From positions 30,852,618 through 30,916,617 of the forward strand of contig NC_068988.1 in assembly GCF_001194135.2 (NCBI RefSeq): 64,000 nt of DNA, written 5' to 3'. Positions within the stretch are counted from its first letter, which is position 1. Each line of letters opens with the position of its first letter. This stretch comes from Octopus bimaculoides (lineage: Eukaryota). The notes beneath the pieces were generated by a model, which worked only from the letters and a program-made list of their open reading frames with translations, had not been told where the DNA came from and searched no databases. Positions 62,765 through 64,000 of this stretch are shown one piece after another. The position numbers and the translations under genes were made by a program.

Positions 62765-62914
62765 CTGTCTAACCACCATCTAACGGTGAATGGATACGTC
62801 ATAGATACATACATGCAAATATAAATCTACCTATACATATATACAAGCACACACAATCATATAAACACGTATACACACTAACATATATACGTATAATCTT
62901 AAAGTATACACATA

Positions 62915-63790
62915 TATACGCTTATCCATCTAGACTCTCAAAGAGGAGCGTGGAGCGTATCAGCAGGATGATTTGAGAATAACTGAGGTGATGATTAGAG
63001 AACAGTGAAGGAGAATTTCTTACTGGAAACACCTGACCAAGATGGGGTACAGCTCTACACAGAAGAATTGCGAGAGAGCTGGACGAAATACTGAGTAGTG
63101 ACGTCCAAGTACCGGTCTGGATGGCAAAAGGAAGAATGGTATTATGCCAGAATGACCCAAGTAAAGGGAATGCCGTTGGAAATTTCCGACCAATATCTTG
63201 TTTGTCACTCATGTGGAAATTGGTGATGGCCATCATATCGTACAGTATCTATAAATATATTGATGAGAACGACCTACTACCAGTGGAACAAAAGGGTTGT
63301 AGACATAAGAGTAGAGCAAGGAAGGTTCAATTACTAATCCATAAGACAATTCTGGCTGACTGCAAGAAGAGACACAAAATGTGGGGATGGCACGGGTGGA
63401 CTACGGGAAAGCATATGACATGGTCCCCCACTTATGAATTATTGAATGCCTTAAACTGCTTAAGTTCTCCCACAATATCCTGAGGTTAAAACAAAACTCA
63501 ATGGCAACGTGGCGAACTGAACTCACAGCATGGGGAGATAAGCTGGGAGGGGTAAATATCAAAAGAGAAATCTTTCAAGCGGACAGTCTGTCGCCTCTCC
63601 TATTTGTTGTCTGCTTACTACCACTAACCAGCGTTTTCAGAAAGATGCGTGTGGGGTACATGCTAGGCAGGTTGAAAGTAAACAACCTGTAGTTTATGGA
63701 GGATCTAAAGCTATTTGCTAAGACTGACAAAGAACTTGAGAGTTTCCCGCAACTGGGCAGATGGTTAGCAAAGATATTGTCATGGAATCT
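62915..63790 (+). mobile_element. R4/Dong-like RT fragment in paralog 4 intron 2
   Basis: NFRPISCLSLMWKL...EQKGCR...QLLIHKTILADCKKR and IFQADSLSPLLFVVCLLPL. Absent from paralog 3. Confidence 0.8.
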
Positions 63791-63834
63791 GTTATTTAAA
63801 TGAGAAACATTTTGAAATTTCAAAATTGTATTAC

Positions 63835-63926
63835 CTTTTCAATAAGCAAACTGTTCCAGTATAAATAAATAGGACTTCTTTCAAATAAGTTTTTGGTAAT
63901 CTTAAATACTTTCTGCGGCTTTTTAC
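63835..63926 (-). CDS. Paralog 4 exon 2
   Basis: ttcatacag|GT...GAAAAG|gtaata, 92 nt, [30 protein letters not shown]. Confidence 0.75.
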
Positions 63927-64000
63927 CTGTATGAACAACAAACGTCAAGCAATGACTTCGCTGTAAATGTACAAACAACATTCTAAGGAAATTTGTTAAC

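Larger units (their letters stand above)
54832..63926 (-). pseudogene. Paralog 4 (partial, exon 1 beyond window end): probable pseudogene or truncated copy; exons 63926-63835, 62032-61884, 56697-56596, 54881-54832
   Basis: Exons 2, 3 and 5 are intact and homologous to paralog 3. Exon 4 is 2 nt short at the acceptor (frameshift) and has TAG and TAA in the homologous frame. Confidence 0.75.

Overview
Eukaryotic (animal) genomic DNA: AT-rich, dense in microsatellites and interrupted by many N-gaps. The SINE/LINE content looks like Octopus, which is an inference and not checked. No prokaryotic features, CRISPR arrays or genuine RNA genes were found. The main content is a tandem cluster of four paralogous 5-coding-exon genes, reconstructed by hand from splice sites and cross-copy homology. 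Copies 1 (1597-9635, +), 2 (17181-26576, +) and 3 (41700-34089, -) have intact spliced ORFs of 238-241 aa. Copy 4 (63926-54832, -; exon 1 beyond the window) has a frameshifted, stop-containing exon 4. The encoded proteins are a signal peptide, an 8-Cys PAN/Apple-like domain and a ~130-aa domain I cannot assign. Coding exons have diverged much more than adjacent introns (copy 1 vs 2: exon 3 57% nt and 34% aa, versus ~85% for the adjacent intron), which suggests diversifying selection. A gene-less 'ghost' unit (promoter plus 3' flank) lies at ~29.2-31.7 kb. The rest is decayed mobile DNA: R4/Dong-like RLE LINEs, RTE and CR1-like LINEs, Penelope-like elements, mariner, a nested Tc1, a Helitron helicase fragment and tRNA-derived SINEs.
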